Of a stretch of DNA of 64,000 bases, positions 34,101 to 46,300 are shown one piece after another. Source of the DNA: Trichodelitschia bisporula (taxonomy: Eukaryota); NCBI GenBank assembly GCA_010356995.1, contig ML996693.1, positions 558,001-622,000 on the forward strand, read 5' to 3'. Position 1 is the first letter of the stretch. Every line of letters begins with the position of its first letter. Under the pieces are notes generated by a model, which saw only the letters and a program-made list of their open reading frames with translations, did not search any database and was not told the DNA's origin. Both the position numbers and the translations under genes were made by a program.

Positions 34101-36651
34101 GGGCCGTATCTCACGAGGAGTGGTGGTACGCGCACCCGACGCCGACATGACTTTGTCCGCCTGTTGAAGCGTTTCAAAGACGATGTTCCAAGACGTATCC
34201 AAGGTCGGTCCAAGGGCGATGGCCAAGTTGAGGAGAGCTCTCAAACAGAGCAAGTTCCTCGAACTCAATGTCGTTTCGCCGGAATCGATCGAATTTCTTC
34301 GATTTCTATCGGGCAGCAAAGTCGAGGCCTGACTGACCAGGCTTTCCACGTTAAGCAACCCCTTAGCATTCCCGAGGATACCCGGGCTTTGAGCGGACTG
34401 CAGTGTGGGCGACGTAAAGCTGGCAGCCAACAGATGCGAAGGGACAGCTGCCTTGCCGAGAGTGGTGAGAAAAGCATCTCGTGGGGTTGACATTCTTAGG
34501 AGACCAGCAACATGGGTGAACTTCTGGAACGTCCGCACCAAAGCACGGTAGTGGTCGTTGTCGAGGGCGGCATAAAAGAAGGTCGAGCAGCTTGCAAGGA
34601 CCGCAGGCCAGCACTGATCTATCAGGGTGGCCACTGTTTGGATGTCTTTGTGCATGGGGTGGCTCTCCAACACCAAGGGGTTCTTGGGAACGGTCCGTTT
34701 CTGGTAAGAATTCGAGCGCTTGATGCGCTTCTGACCAGTATGGTGTACTGAGGCCGCAGGTTCATCCGGGTTCGCTTCGTCTTTGCCCTTCTTCTTGCCT
34801 TTGGCGCTGCCGTGGACGGACAATGGGAGGATAAATCTCGCAAGGCTTTCTGAGAAGTTATTGAGGCAGGCAAGGACCAGACTGTAGATGTAAGTCTCAG
34901 GGAGCGAGGGAGGTTCAGACTTGTCGAGCTGGTCAATGCAAGGCGCTCGCACCGAGCTCCATTGGTTGCTGATTCCAGGAACGGCTGCGGTTCCAACGCC
35001 GGCCGTGCCCAAACCACCGGATGTCGCTGGATCGTGACCCGCCTCTCCGGTCGAGTCTCTTTGAAAATAATTTCCAACCGGAACCGTTGACTGCTGACTT
35101 AAGCCGATGAGAGCAGGCTTCTCTGATGCCAAACGGACGAAGACTCCGAGACAGTTGCTCAATATCGGTTTGGTGCCGTTCTGTCCGTCAAACTTCGATT
35201 GTATTTGCAACACAAGGGAAGATTCTGAGAGGATGCCCCGTAGCACTTCCATGCTCAATACCCGCTTCCAGTTTGGCACCGTGTCAGATTCGATGGTGTG
35301 AGCGAGCGAGTCCAGGGCTGTCCCGACCTCAGAGGGAAATATCTCAACATGCTCTCGTATGATCAAGTACAGCAGGCGAGTAGAGCGCAAGGCGATGGGG
35401 AAGGGACTCTTTTCTGCAAATACTCTGAGTAGATATGGCAACAGGTTCTTGCGAAGCACATGAGCCAGCTCAGGATGCGCCGCAAATGACTCTGCATGGT
35501 TGATCATGATTGTTTCGATCAGTTCAAGGCATATGACTTCAGGCATCGCCGAGAAACGGATGTATTGCGGCTTTACACCCTCTGTTAGCACACAGAGGTC
35601 GTGGAAAACCTAGCGCGTGTCAGCAATCAATGGCCAGCTGTTCTACAGAACCACCTACGCGATATGCATCAAAAGCCACTGCACGCACAGCAATCTGCTT
35701 TCCATCCCCAGTCACCTCGGTGACAGTTGGTAGCTCAAGTGCTCGCTCTGTAGGATGTTATTCAGGTCCGAGTCTAGGCTGCTCTCTAACTTACTGTCCT
35801 CAACCACTAGGCTTTCAAACAAGGAGGTAACCAGTTGCTGCAGCGTGGCGGCCGCAGTTCCACCGACTGAAGGCGTCTTTGACGTTTGGAGAGAGGAGCA
35901 TGTTTGCAAGGCAGTGAACAACAGTCCGCCTTTGACATCTTCAGGGTAATTTTGCAAGAGAGACGGAAGAGTTTGGAGGATTTTAAGCTGTATTTCAAGA
36001 CCTCCAAAAGCTTTAGCAGACGAACTCGCTTGCTTAAGGTTCAGCTCACCGCCAAATGTGCTACACTCTTTCACAGCTTCGAGAACGTCTTTAAGTCGGT
36101 TCTTGGGAAGGGCACGAGATACGGCCAGCCGCTGGAGGCAACTTATTCCGCTAGTTGCATACTTTGAGTTCCGAGAGGAGCATGCTATGACAAATGGCTC
36201 GATGAAATGAGGTCTTTTTGAAAGGTCTGCAGCTTTCGTGAGTGTCTGGAAGGACGATGGGAAGTTACCATACCGGCAGCCAGCTGGGCCTCTGAAGTTG
36301 AAGGTAGGGCTTTGAGGTCCTGTAAAGACTTCTCCGCCGCCTATAGTAGTTAGCACAAGGCCAATTGAGCTAAATTTCCAGGATGCGGAGACAAAAACAA
36401 CGATTCAAGATGCGCCATTACATCGGCAGGCTGATCACGAAATGTTCCGACTCTGGATAATCGCAACAGTGGATTTGGAACAGCTTCCAAAGAAGGCCAT
36501 TAGGCGACAAAACTTTCACTCCCACGCCTGATCGGACACACATTCCAATCCTTAAAATAACTAATGGACATACGTTTCTCAGTTCGGGGAGCTTTCGTTT
36601 GCTATCTTGAATGAGTGTCGTCAGCTCAGCAGCCAGAAGCTGAGAAGTCAT
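31131..36651 (-). CDS. MON2: Mon2/Ysl2, Sec7-related endosome/Golgi scaffold; multi-exon
   Basis: MTSQLLAAELTTLIQDSKRK, LEIQLKILQTLPSLLQNY, PCIDQLDKSEPP, PRDAFLTTLGKAAVP, SLQLICSDFL, QDLNISLT and YIADQPLRG motifs. Confidence 0.94.
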
Positions 36652-37041
36652 TTTGAAGTAGCCGAGCGTTGCGCTTTGTCATGGCCTTTTGCGAAAATCA
36701 CGGAGACGATTTGGTGATGGTTTGCGCGTTGGTGTTGATGAGGCAGCGCTCACTGAGACACTTGGACGTTCGCATATTGGTCCGAGCTTCCCATGCATGC
36801 CTTACTGCCTCATTGTCTTGTAAGGTCCAAATGGGCACGGACCACTAAGACAGCTTGGCTTCCCTGCCTTGTCCCACCTGTGACGGAGACCGTGACTGAT
36901 CCGCTGCCCCTCGTTCGCATTCACTCAGCGCACGTAGAGTTCCCGCGGAGCATTTGGAAGTCTTTCCCTCACCAAACCCGCCTCTCGCTCTCCAGCAAAG
37001 ACAAGCTCTGTTGCACGAGCAGATCTCCCTACACATCTATC

Positions 37042-37660
37042 ATGGGCGCAAAAGTTCCCCGCAATTTCAGGTTGCTCGAAGAGTTGGAGAAGGGCGAGAA
37101 GGGTCTTGGAGCTGGTAAATATTCTTGCTGTATATCTGGCACAACTTCATTCTGATAAAATGCAGAGGCATGCTCGTACGGCCTAGAAGATGCGGATGAC
37201 TTGCTCATGACCAACTGGAACGGCACCATCCTCGGGCCCCCTCATGTTAGTGTCGCTATCCCGTGCTACTTGTACATCTGTTGATACCGTCTTCAGAGCG
37301 CGCATGAGAATCGGATCTACAGCCTCAAGCTACGCTGCGGGCCGCAGTACCCCGATCAGCCGCCGGATGTCACCTTCCAGACCAAGATCAACCTGCCCTG
37401 TGTGGATCAGAAGACGGGCAAGGTAAGCGACAAGCAGCAACTCGAGCATGGAGTTCGCTAATAGTCCAAGGTTGACCCCACAAAACTTCCTTGCCTCGTG
37501 CAGTGGCGACGGGACTTCACCATGGAGACCATCCTGATAGAGCTTCGGCGGTCAGTTCTCCTTTGTTGGGGCACATACGCAGGCTAACACTGCTCACAGC
37601 TCCATGGCTCATCCTGCACATAAGAAGCTACCGCAGCCAGCTGAGGGTAGCACGTATTGA
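37042..37660 (+). CDS. MMS2: Mms2 ubiquitin-conjugating enzyme variant; 4 introns
   Basis: [21 protein letters not shown]...CSYGL...[20 protein letters not shown]...KINLPCVD...[12 protein letters not shown]. Confidence 0.96.
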
Positions 37661-38098
37661 GCAGGTGGTTCCGCCGGGAGGACTCGGCTGTCACAAGGCT
37701 AGCTCGGCAGCACCGGAGACGCCGGCTGATATCTACATTCTCCACTTGTGCCTCGCCGTGAATCTCATGCGACGTGCAGGAGGAGTTATAGGCTATGCAG
37801 TCGATGAGGCGTTTGTTTCCCGTTGCTGCATTTATGGGGAGTATGGGTTGTGGGTTTGGGGGCCGGCAAAGGAGCCTTCTCTAGCTTAGTGCGAGCTCTC
37901 TTGCTGCTGTTTCTGGGTCTCAAAGTGCCTAGTAGCGTCTTGAATCATCCTGCGCATTAAACTTCGCCAACTTCTGAAGTGAACAGTGAGCGAATATAAA
38001 AGTCGTCCGGCACGTGACGTCAGGCTCAACTTTACCTCGCTAGTCGCATGCACCATCACCGCGTCTTCCCAACCCCGCAACCCCACATACCCACTTGC

Positions 38099-39063
38099 AT
38101 GGTCGGCCTACTGGTACCTAAGCAACTTGAGTTGCACAGGCAAGGAGGTACTGTATGCGCATACTTTCTGCCCGCAAAGACTGACCCATCGCAGTCAAGG
38201 CCCTTTACCGGGCCCTTCTTACACAATGCGAATCCGTTCCTCTGCGCGAGGAGCAGCGCGACGCACTCCGTAACATCGTGCGCAACCGCTTCAAGGCCAA
38301 CATCCACCTTGTCAGTCCTCGACTACTCAGGCTGAGCCTCCATGCCGGATACACAGCTCTCGACCGCCTCGACGCGTCCGTTGCCGGCCACTTTCCAAGC
38401 ACGATGTACATAACGAGACTCTTGGGCAAAACCCCCCGACAGCTGACGGCGCCACCGGAACCGAAAGTACGCGAGAAGAAGCTGTATCCAGACTCGGTTC
38501 TGCCACCGCCGGAGTACAAGTTTTTCAATAGGTTTCCGCGGCCGACAGTAGAGGGCATTCGACGCGTCCCACGTATGATCAGCGCCAACCAAGTCCCCTT
38601 CATTCGGTGGAAGAAGCCCCAACCGAGAAACGTTTCGCGGATCATACGATGGGAGATTGATAACCGACGCAAGGAGACTGACCGTCGCCACAACCTCCAT
38701 GATTACTATATTTCCATCACAGAGCATGAGGACAAATGGGATTCGATACTCGAGAGAGAGTTTCGGATCAAAAATTCCAGAGAGGAAAGAGCATGGTGTT
38801 CTGTTCCGCAGCAACAGTTGCGTGAGGTGAATCTTGCTTCCGCCCATAAGGCGGCTGAAATGGAAGAGAGGGTGAAAAAGTACCAGGCCGTTGTGGATGC
38901 GGAGGCGGCGCTGGCTGAGAAGGAAAGAAACGAACGGAAGCAGGCGGCAAGAAAAAGGAGGGCGGAGCGAAAGGCTATGGAAGCGAAGCTGTCAACGGGG
39001 GTACCGCAGGCGAGGCCGGAGGATGGCGACAAGGATGAGCGGTCTCCATTTACACCATTTTGA
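38099..39063 (+). CDS. LYR-motif (Complex1_LYR-like) protein, probably mitochondrial; 1 intron (38148-38194)
   Basis: Spliced N-terminus MVGLLVPKQLELHRQGVKALYRALLTQC...VRNRF shows LYR plus the downstream Phe; C-terminal coiled coil. An in-frame upstream ATG lies at 38048. Confidence 0.8.
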
Positions 39064-39720
39064 GCCTTTCGCTCTTCCTGTCGAATTCATTTGGATTGCC
39101 GACTGACCTGGAGTCATAGACACAGTATCGACAAGATCCATATATCCGATGTTAAGCTTATTGGCCATCGCCCACCTACGTAACGATAGAGAAATGAGAG
39201 CCTCTAATCATCGGATCACATACCATGGTCTGGAGTACCAAGTTCGAGCATCTCTCAGCATTCAACGTAGATCGGCAGGATTTGGCTGCGACGAGTGGCA
39301 AGCAAGGTTGAATCTTTGTGACTCCTGCCCGTCGGCCCGACCAACCCAGTTTACGCATTCACACAGGATGGGTAAACTAAGATGAACCTCGAATGAGCTT
39401 ATGTACACTTGTGACATGCTCGTGTAAACAGGCGTTCACTCCTACCTTCAGCGTGGCAAATTGACGGGGCTCACCACGTCATCAGAATGAAGCGATGCTG
39501 CAGTATCGTAGAAATCTCATACCGGAGCAAAGCCCAGATCAGCCCGATCTACTCGATGTTGCCGGAATTGACATGACATTTGAAACATCCAGCCCACCAA
39601 GGTCTCAAAAAAATATCCTAGGGTCTGTAAAGCTTTTTGAGGCTGCGTCTCTCGTTTCCCTTTATCGGTTGCTAGAGACACGAGCAAGCCATAATGGCAC
39701 AAGCCCAACCGGCATCCACC

Positions 39721-40529
39721 TCACGCAGCCGCCAGCTTGAGTTTGGCAATATCGGCCAACGCATCCACATCGCCCTCCTCCTCGCCCTCGTCGCCCCGGC
39801 CCGCCAATCCCCCCTCCCACAGCTGCTTCCCCGTCAGCTTGGCTTCCTCAGCCTTAGCCCCACGCTTCTTCTTGTCCTCGGCCAGTGCCTCCTCAGCCGC
39901 GCGCAGCTCCGCCTCCTCCATCTCAGCCCTGAAATTCTCCCTCCAGGCCAGAAAGGACTCGCGCGTAACGGCCTGACCGGCAAACTTGCGGTTCTCCTCC
40001 TCTTCGGCCTTGGCGGCGGCGATTTCGAGCAGCGCCTGGGTGGCCTTTTTCCGCTCGGCGATGAGCAGCTCGGCGGCGTCTTTGAGCGTGCTCACGAGTG
40101 TGAAGACCATGGCCATGCCGAGGTTTTCTTCCACGGTTGACTCAAGGGCGGACAAGAGCGTGGTTTTGTCTTCGTTTATGTCGAGGTGCGCGTACTTGGG
40201 GGCATTGGGTGGGGCTGTGATGTCCAGGTTTGGTGCTTCATCCGGGTAATCGGGCGGATACTGGACGGAGAGGATGATCGTTGCTGCGGCTGTGAGTACG
40301 TACTATCTTGCACCAGTTACTGGAGGTTACGCACGCGGCTCTTCGCCCTCCTTCACTGGATCCACATCTAAGAGGGTGGAGATGCGAAACTCGGTGTCGG
40401 ATATAGCTGTTTCTGAATTAACCACTGCTATTGAGCATCCACGTAGCACATGGAATATTTACATGTTATCTCATCCGGGAAAATGGACTCCAACACCTCA
40501 CGCTCCTCCTGCTGCTCCTCGACGCCCAT
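39721..40529 (-). CDS. GIR2: RWD-domain protein Gir2/RWDD1 (DRG GTPase partner); 2 introns
   Basis: MGVEEQQEEREVLESIFPDEI, YPPDYPDEAP, ENLGMAMVFTL, VTRESFLAWR and KLTGKQLW motifs. Confidence 0.93.
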
Positions 40530-42344
40530 GCTGCCCAATTTTCCGCAAACACGGACAAGCTGAAGCAGCTGAAACGCGGACAAACAAACACGAGGCTGGG
40601 GCCTACGGACTCGCCGAGTACAGCGGTTGCAAGTCGGAGAGGTAGGCCAAACACGCGATGGCACCTAAGAGTTCGAAATATGCAACAAACAATGAGGCCT
40701 CCACGCACAAGAGCGACGGAGGTCGTCTCCGCAAGCCCTACGGCACCGCCCTAGCGCACCGCCACACCCCAGGCCGCTCTCTCGGATCAATCGGCACCGA
40801 GCGCCACGCGAACGCCCCGGGATTTGCCAAGCCTCAAAATGCGCCGCCGACGTAAGCCGCCGAACCCCGCGGCCTCGTAGGGCTGATTACTATTCGGGTT
40901 CATTCCGCCCTTGATATGAATTCCGCTCTCTACTAAGTTCACCGCAGTCAATTCCAAAAAATCAGGCCTTACACATCTCAAGCCAACACTCAAAGAGGAA
41001 CCCCCAACTCGGAGTAGCCGCAGAATACGAGCACCGCGCACGGGGTCCCCCTCCGCCTCCAAGGCGAAATACGGATAGGGGCTGCACCGCGCGCACCGCA
41101 CTCACTCCCTGGTCCGCTCGGCCCAGCTTCCAGAAGAATCCCACGCCTTCATATCGCGCGCAGGCACCTGCGCAAAGGCTCGCAAATCGGCGCTCGGCGT
41201 CTGGCCTTGCCCTTGGCCTCGCGCCTCCCAGTACCCCCCGGCTTGCCGCCGTCTTCCGCACTTCTCGGCATAAGCACCCCGGTAGGTAGGCCCCGATGCT
41301 CGGCGGCGAGTACGTTTGCCCGCGTCCGCGGCGAGACGAACGGGGACTCGGGCGGGTGGGGCGCGGACGAATCGCGGGAGGCTAGGAGGGGGGCGCTCGT
41401 ATTGGGGGGGGGGGGGGGGAGGGGCATGAGGGGTTATTTGGAAAAGAAGGCGCGCGCTGCGAGTTTGCGGGCACGAGGCATATGTTTTTTGCGGAGAAGC
41501 GCGGGTTTGATGTTTAATCTTTGTCCCCAATCGGACGTCTAATTCTTGGTATTTTGAAGCTGCGCCAGAGATGCGGCGCGCTGCGCATATGCTGTGTTCC
41601 CCCGTCCTATCCGCTGTCCTGGTCGGAAGTGCCCCACGCCGTGGCGCGCGCTTTCTAATCTGCACTACAGTGTCTAATGAAAGCCATGCGATGCTCCCCC
41701 TCCTCCTGTTCCGGCGATGCATCGAAAGCGAGTGGTTGGCAGCCGCGCGTGCCCCTCATCCACATCACGCCCACGCTTCGCCCTCCTGCATGACATGGTG
41801 ACGTCGTCCATTCAAAAACCCAGCAACCTCCTTCCCTCCCAAAAAGCCAACCCATGCCCGCCGTCCCGTCCAACCCTGCAAAAGCGAATGTGAAAAAGCG
41901 CCGAATTCCCGAGCCACCCGAATCGCCTTGCAAGGGAGGGGAAGGCATGCCCATGATCGCCGCGCGTTCCTGCAAAGAACAGCCAACAAATATTCCCGCA
42001 CTCCTTCCCCTCCCTTCCCTCCCAAACCAAATCCTGTATGAGACGCCGCGGTAGTAGTCCTAACCTTTTGCCGTCTTCGAGTCAAAGTCGAAGGGCCGTT
42101 ACAAAAAAACTCCATCACACCGTCCGTGCAGCGCCTTCCCAACAATAGTAGATCGTAATGGTGCCAATAAAACTCGGTTGAGCGAGTGAAAGGAACCATT
42201 CCAAAATGCAGGCGCTATGCAACATGGTATCAAAAAGAGCAAAGATCTCCCCGAGAGCCGGGGATATGGTCGTAACTGTTGTGACTTGGTGCAAAGCATT
42301 CGACAAGTTCTTCACCGTCGCCTCCCATCCCCGGAAGCGGTGTG

Positions 42345-43346
42345 TCATATCAGAGTAAAGGGAGGCGTCGTAGGCTGTGATGATTCAGGCGGCGATCCGG
42401 CCACGGACGTCTCGAAGCATTCGGAGAGAGGTGGTGTCTGAATGAGGGTGCCGTCAGCGAGTTGAAACACCGGCTCATGTAGAAAGGAGAAGACAGCCGT
42501 CGTAGAGAGAGAAGGGGGAGAAGTACAGGTGGCTTAATAGGAACGGGAACCATGGGGCTGTATTACATGAGGGTTTGATTCTGGGTACGAGTGAACCGTG
42601 GAGATGTCAATCCCCGCCATGGACGCGTAGCTGACGCCAAAAGGGTTGATCTGCTCTTCGCTGTAGAGCTCGTGCTTCTGCGCGTAGTTCATGCTTGAGT
42701 GCGGAGGAGGGAGGGTCGTGTAGCCGGGGAACATGGCGTAGTCGGAGGCGGTGGCAGGCACCGTCGCGTACGGAAGCGACGGATAAGTTGCATACGTAAC
42801 CTCCTCCGCGGGGTAGGCTGGGTAGACAACGGGAGGCGGGGAGGTTGACAGCTGCCTCGTATACTGGTGCGCAAACATTGACCGGTCGTCATGCGCCGAG
42901 AGGTAGTGGGATTGCGAGGAGCCTTCGGAGGCATGGCGCTGGTACTGACCGTAGTCCGGAGAAGATTCGAGCGTAATGTCCGGCGTCCGCTGGGAAGACA
43001 CCCTCTTGCCTCCGCGCGGTGGGCTTGGTCGCTGCAGCTCGGCTGGGCGCTGCTCTGGTGATGCCGAATTGGACGCTGCTCTCCGCTCAAGATCTTCGAG
43101 CCGCTTCTTTAACTTCTTGCCTGGTTTCGAGTTAGCCGAGACGTCACGATATGGCAATAGGAGGAACCCACGATAGTTGCGCTGGGCTATCCGGTTCTGT
43201 ATCCTTCGCCGTTCGGCAAGATCTGAGATCTTGGTCCAGTCTTCGTTGGGGTTGGCACTGGCGCTAAAGGCACTGCTGGTGCTCGCATAGCGGTGGCTTG
43301 TGGTGCCTGTGGAAGGGGCATATGGGTATGCTTGTTGTGGATGCAT
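42345..43346 (-). CDS. bZIP transcription factor; introns 43121-43171 and probably 42438-42566
   Basis: EDWTKISDLAERRRIQNRIAQRNYR/KKLKKRLEDLE gives a basic region plus zipper after splicing. Last exon TPPLSECF...PTTPPFTLI. Confidence 0.9.
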
Positions 43347-46300
43347 GGTTGGAAGTCGGTATGGGAGGGAAGACGACCAGATGGATGTTCAGATCAGAGG
43401 ATAGCGGGGATGATTCAAAGGCTTCTCTGAGATGCGGATATCAAGGCTCGGCGATGATGTATCGCGGGTTAGCTAGAGTTGAAGATCAATTCGGGGAAGC
43501 CGGATGTATAAGTAGTAGCTTGGGTGGTAGCTTGGGAATCCACAGCCTTCGAGCTTGGGTAGTATATAATCAGCAGGCTGGGTTCGGGGAGTCTATCAGC
43601 CACATGGTCGGCCGGCGAGGGGACTCTTGTGTCAACCACCCTTGGTCCGGGCATAAGGCAGCTGGAGGCCTGCATATTCCTGTTCCAGCTCCTTATCCAG
43701 GGGAGGGGGAGGTGAGTAAGATGCAATGGGGTGATTTGGGATTAGGGAACGGGATACAGGGGAGAGTAGGCTCGAAGAGGACTGGGGTGTTAGCGCATGA
43801 ATTTATCCAAGGCCTGTGCATGTTGCAGCGTAGGGCGGGGGGAGGTGAGAGAAGTGGAAGATGGCTGTGATCCCTGGCTAATGGCATTTCTGCTTGGTCG
43901 GCCGTTGAAGCAGACTGGAACAGACATTAGCTTTCACACCGATGTGTCCCAGACGTGCATAATTATCTTTACTCATCATGGCTCTCCAGTTACTTCATGC
44001 TCTTTTATTTTGCTGCATCTCCTCATCTCCTCATCTCCTCGCTCGGAGTCACTGTGGGCCATTCGGTTGACTATCGCTTGTTGGTAGTCCTCGGCGACTA
44101 CGAAAATGCGCGGCCCGTTGCTATGCAGGTCGACATAGGACAGTGACCAGTCTCCCATTGCGATTGAGGAATATCCCTCCTAGGTCGATGCGGCCCGCAG
44201 ATGGACAAATTTAGCCAAGCCAGTCGGTCGCAGGGCTGCAGGCGTTGTCTGCTTCTTCGCCGCCATGCCCGCCATGCCCGCTGTTGTGCACGCTGTGCGC
44301 AGAGTGAGAGAGTTGAGTTATGTCCATCCGCCTATTCGCCCCGTGCCTGAGGCTTTGTAGTGTAGGTGTGGAATATGGAACACCACCTACAACTCTCCTC
44401 TTCGGGGCATTTAGACCCTCCCGCGGTTTGCCCAACGCCATGCCGCCGGGTGGTCGGCATGGAAGTTAGCAAGGCGGATGTGCTAAAGCACGCGTCACCA
44501 CTGGGCTGTGTGGTGTACTAGGGTAGGGGACGCACAGAAGAGTCGGGGAGCACTAGAGAAGCGGTAACTGGGTTGAGTGCGTGCGCGCGTGTATGCGTAT
44601 ACGATATGTGAGTACGTCTGCTAAGGATATCGACGGACGACAGCGACAAACGACGACGACGACGCCCGAACAGACAAACGCGGATGTTGATCATGCCTCG
44701 TCCGCTCGCCATAGGATAGCTCTATTTGCTAGTATTTCACCAGCACTTTCGTCATTGCTTTGAGGCCAAAATGGAAAAGACTCGAGGGCGTTAGGAGTTA
44801 AGGTCGAAAGCATGCCGAGAGGGCAAGATTGGCGCGGGGAAAGGTCGAGGAGCGGCAGTGCGGCACTGAGCGGCGGATCGCGGCAAACCATCCCAAAATA
44901 GCAATCGTGCTTTTTATTCATCCCCGTTTCCACTGTATGTAACTCCGCTCTTTGTCTCCTCTTGTTTCTCGCTCTTATCTTCACTTTCTACTCGAAGGAA
45001 GCTTTGGCAAGAGGAGGCTAGTAATTGCCCATCATCTCCCTCGATCAAGTCTGTGGTCCATCATAGCGATGGTACTTTTGTGATGTTGCACTGCAATTAT
45101 TAATGGCGGTTAATAGTGAGAGTAGCGGGGAGAGGCAGGCGGAGCATGTGCTGCACGAACCCCTTCGGTGACGCCTCCGACGGTGCTCCATTATTCCCCA
45201 GTCCCTCCCCCACCATTGTTCTTCCCCACCCCTTCTACCCCCACCCTAAAAAGCGCTTGCTTCCCTACCTCACCGCTGGGGTTGAGTGACAATGGAGGGG
45301 TTGTTCACCACAAAGATCGGTCACCCACGCAAACTCGGGGGTACAAGAGACGGTGTCCGGGTAATATGCCGGCGGGTGGGCGGATGGGCCGGGGGCGTAA
45401 GTGGCTTGTCGGAGAACTTGCTGGGGTTGTGCAGGCTCTAGAGTGGTGAACTTAATGCACTGGGAGGGGAGAGAAGGACGATGGCAACGGTTCTGTTGGC
45501 TGTTCGTCACCAAAGACTCTCTCCGCCTTTGGGAGTCTCTGCAGCCAGCAACCTACCCCAGGATCGTCCCCGGTCCCCTGCTGCCCCTTGTCTTCTCCAT
45601 TGTTGGCGACGATTTGTAAGGTGGCTAAATATACATACCGTAGTATGTACGTACAACGTACACTGGCACGATTGGCAAGGCAACACATCGGAATCACGCA
45701 TACGGATTAATACCTGAGCAAACTAAAAAGTCGACCCCCAAAAAGATTCCCTACTAATTTGCTTGCTATCTCTCCCAATTTAGGAAAGTCGACGTAATGT
45801 GCTGCCGTACCGTACAAGTGTCTTGGGTTATCTTGTCCCGATTCTTCCCCTCGTCTCAACCCAGCAACTTGCTGCAAAATCAACATTACCCATATCCCAA
45901 GAAACTTCCAAGATGTCTTCCATCTCACCTTCCACTCTATCCCACCATGATCCCCCTCCGGTCATCGCTGCTCAAAATCAGCCCTGTGCTATCCCAGATC
46001 CAGGGTCCTTGCACCCAACCATGCAAACAGCAGCGCCTAAGCCAACGCCCGTAAGCACCTTGAATTGCGGGAGCAGCGAGCAGCGGGCAGCGGGCAGCGG
46101 CTGGCGCACTTTGCGCGTGTCACATTCGCACCCAACGCACTACCTTCCCTTCTCTGCTCAATTCTAGATCCCGTCTGACATCTCTCAAGCCTCTGAATTC
46201 CCCAGCCACTCCCGTGGAGGAAAAATCGATCGTGGTTGCTGATTGCTCTGGTCGCTTAGCGCACTTTCCATGCTTCAACGTTCTCCCGCCATATCAGAGC

